Made by a program: the position numbers and the translations under genes. This document shows, piece by piece, positions 62,453 to 64,000 of a stretch of DNA of 64,000 bases. Below the pieces are notes generated by a model, which was given only the letters and a program-made list of their open reading frames with translations, was not told where the DNA came from and did not search any database. Origin of the DNA: Octopus sinensis (lineage: Eukaryota); assembly GCF_006345805.1 (NCBI RefSeq), contig NC_043022.1, forward strand, positions 20,398,001 to 20,462,000. Reading direction: 5' to 3'. Positions within the stretch are counted from its first letter, which is position 1. Each line of letters starts with the position of its first letter.

Positions 62453-62524
62453 TTCCAGAAAAGTGAATCTGATTTGAATCATATCGAGAGAAAACTGGAA
62501 TTTCAGTTCCAAGATGGATTTTCT
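62453..62524 (+). CDS. SKA2: SKA2 exon 2 (gene continues beyond the window)
   Basis: ggtttttctag|TTC CAG AAA AGT GAA TCT GAT TTG...; FQKSESDLNHIERKLEFQF resembles human SKA2 FQKAESDLDYIQYRLEYEI. Donor is TCT|gtaggt (or G|gtatac 4 nt later). Confidence 0.82.
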
Positions 62525-62749
62525 GTAGGTATACAGTTTTCCTTATTGGTTTATTCTATTTTTGTTTCATTTCCTAAATGCAAGAAGAGACCTTACCTCT
62601 TCTCTCATATATATATATATATATTGCAAAGATAATCTGGTACTTGACTGAGGAAAGAAAACTTTGAATGACCTGTCCTTGGTCTTTGTATCGTCTATCT
62701 GGATGTTTTGTATCACCTAACTGTCCAGATGTTTTGCGTTCTTGTCCCA

Positions 62750-63094
62750 TTTTGTATTTTATATATCTGAGAGACCCCCTTCGGTCATGACACTGACCAT
62801 GGGATTGCACCTCCCAGGCATAAGTCTGGGCAAGGTTGTTTATGGAAGACCAGCAGTCGCCCACGCATACCAGCCTCCCCTCTCTACACCACCAGTGTTA
62901 TCCAAGGGAAAGACAAAGGGGCCGATACAGCTTGGCACCTGTGACGTCGCAACTCATTTCTACAGTTGAGTGAACTGGAGCAACGTGAAATAAAGTGTCT
63001 TGCTCAAGAACACAACACGCAGCCCGGTCTGGGATTCGAGCTCACAACCTCAAGATCGTAAGCTCGACGCTCTAACCACTGAGCCATGCGCCTT

Positions 63095-63098
<4 letters not shown>
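62750..63098 (-). mobile_element. SINE-E (tRNA-like head gtgaaggcgcatggctcagtggttag)
   Basis: A and B boxes. Related copies at 240-475(-), 13720-13950(-) and 37535-38990 (+, interrupted by the hAT element). Confidence 0.75.
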
Positions 63099-63099
<1 letters not shown>

Positions 63100-63134
<35 letters not shown>

Positions 63135-63194
63135 TATATGTTGTGGTGTGTGTGTGTGGTGTGTATGTGTGGTGTGGTGTTGTGTGTGTGTATG

Positions 63195-63231
<37 letters not shown>

Positions 63232-63364
63232 ATATATGTGTGTGTGTGTGTATATATGTGTGTGTGTGTGTATATATGTGTGTGTGTGTATATATGTGTG
63301 TGTGTGTATATATGTGTGTGTGTGTGTATATATGTGTGTATATGTGTGTGTGTATATATATATG

Positions 63365-63399
<35 letters not shown>

Positions 63400-63426
63400 A
63401 TATATATATGTGTGTGTGTATATATA

Positions 63427-63457
<31 letters not shown>

Positions 63458-63504
63458 ATATGTGTGTGTGTATATATGTGTGTGTGTGTGTGTGTATATA
63501 TGTG

Positions 63505-63539
<35 letters not shown>

Positions 63540-63610
63540 ATATATGTGTGTGTGTATATATATGTGTGTGTGTGTATATATATATATATATAATATATAT
63601 ATATATATAG
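63100..63610. repeat. Compound (TA)/(TG) microsatellite in SKA2 intron 2
   Basis: Direct inspection. Confidence 0.95.
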
Positions 63611-64000
63611 CGGCGTACGTACACTTTGGTTTCTTATATATATATATATATAGTTCAAATGTACAAAAAATCAGAATATAGACACAGAGGAGGAAACAAC
63701 ACGCAAGATGTATTAGTTTGACACTCAGGAAAAAATGAAAGTCTTTAATGTTTTGAGCCTATGCTCTTCAACAGAAAGGAATGCAGAAAGAAAGCAGAGA
63801 GAAGAGAGAGAGAAAGAAAATGTGTACACATATGTGTGTATCATCATCATCATTTACTGTGTTCCTTGCTGGTGTAGGTTGGACAGTTTGACTACTCTTG
63901 GCATATACACCATCATCATCATTTAACGTCTGCTTTCCATGCTGACAAACAGACACTGCTTGTATGACAGTGATGCTCATCTACAGCTATCACACATTGT

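Overview
AT-rich, microsatellite- and SINE-dense eukaryotic genomic DNA. The SINE families and repeat load look like an octopod cephalopod (Octopus-like); this is inferred, not verified. There is one 100-N assembly gap at 23029-23128. Three protein-coding genes are supported: (1) a single-exon-CDS, type II membrane glycosyltransferase of the Anp1/Mnn9/Van1 family (GT62, best known from fungal mannan polymerase) at 25262-26569 (+); (2) a VPS37B/C-like ESCRT-I subunit on the minus strand (coding exons 50716-50471, 48451-48280, 44645-44563, 43386-43075; 270 aa; 5'UTR exon near 54757-54840) whose second coding exon has a frameshifted tandem duplicate; (3) the first two exons of SKA2 (+, 60434-60478 and 62453-62524), head-to-head with VPS37. 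The remainder is transposon-derived: at least five SINE families, non-autonomous Helitrons, Tc1/mariner, pogo, hAT and piggyBac remnants, several GG-ended MITEs with 8-bp TSDs (Merlin-like, two nested in one SINE), RTE/CR1/CRE/Penelope LINE-type fragments, many fold-back palindromes, minisatellites and a 5.8-kb local triplication. The most notable signals are the fungal/bacterial-type GT62 gene, two minimal type I hammerhead ribozyme motifs (22224-22305, 56761-56846) and a ~300-bp inverted duplication bracketing the first two VPS37 coding exons. Most six-frame ORFs supplied are microsatellite or SINE read-throughs. No CRISPR array, rRNA or true tRNA gene was found.
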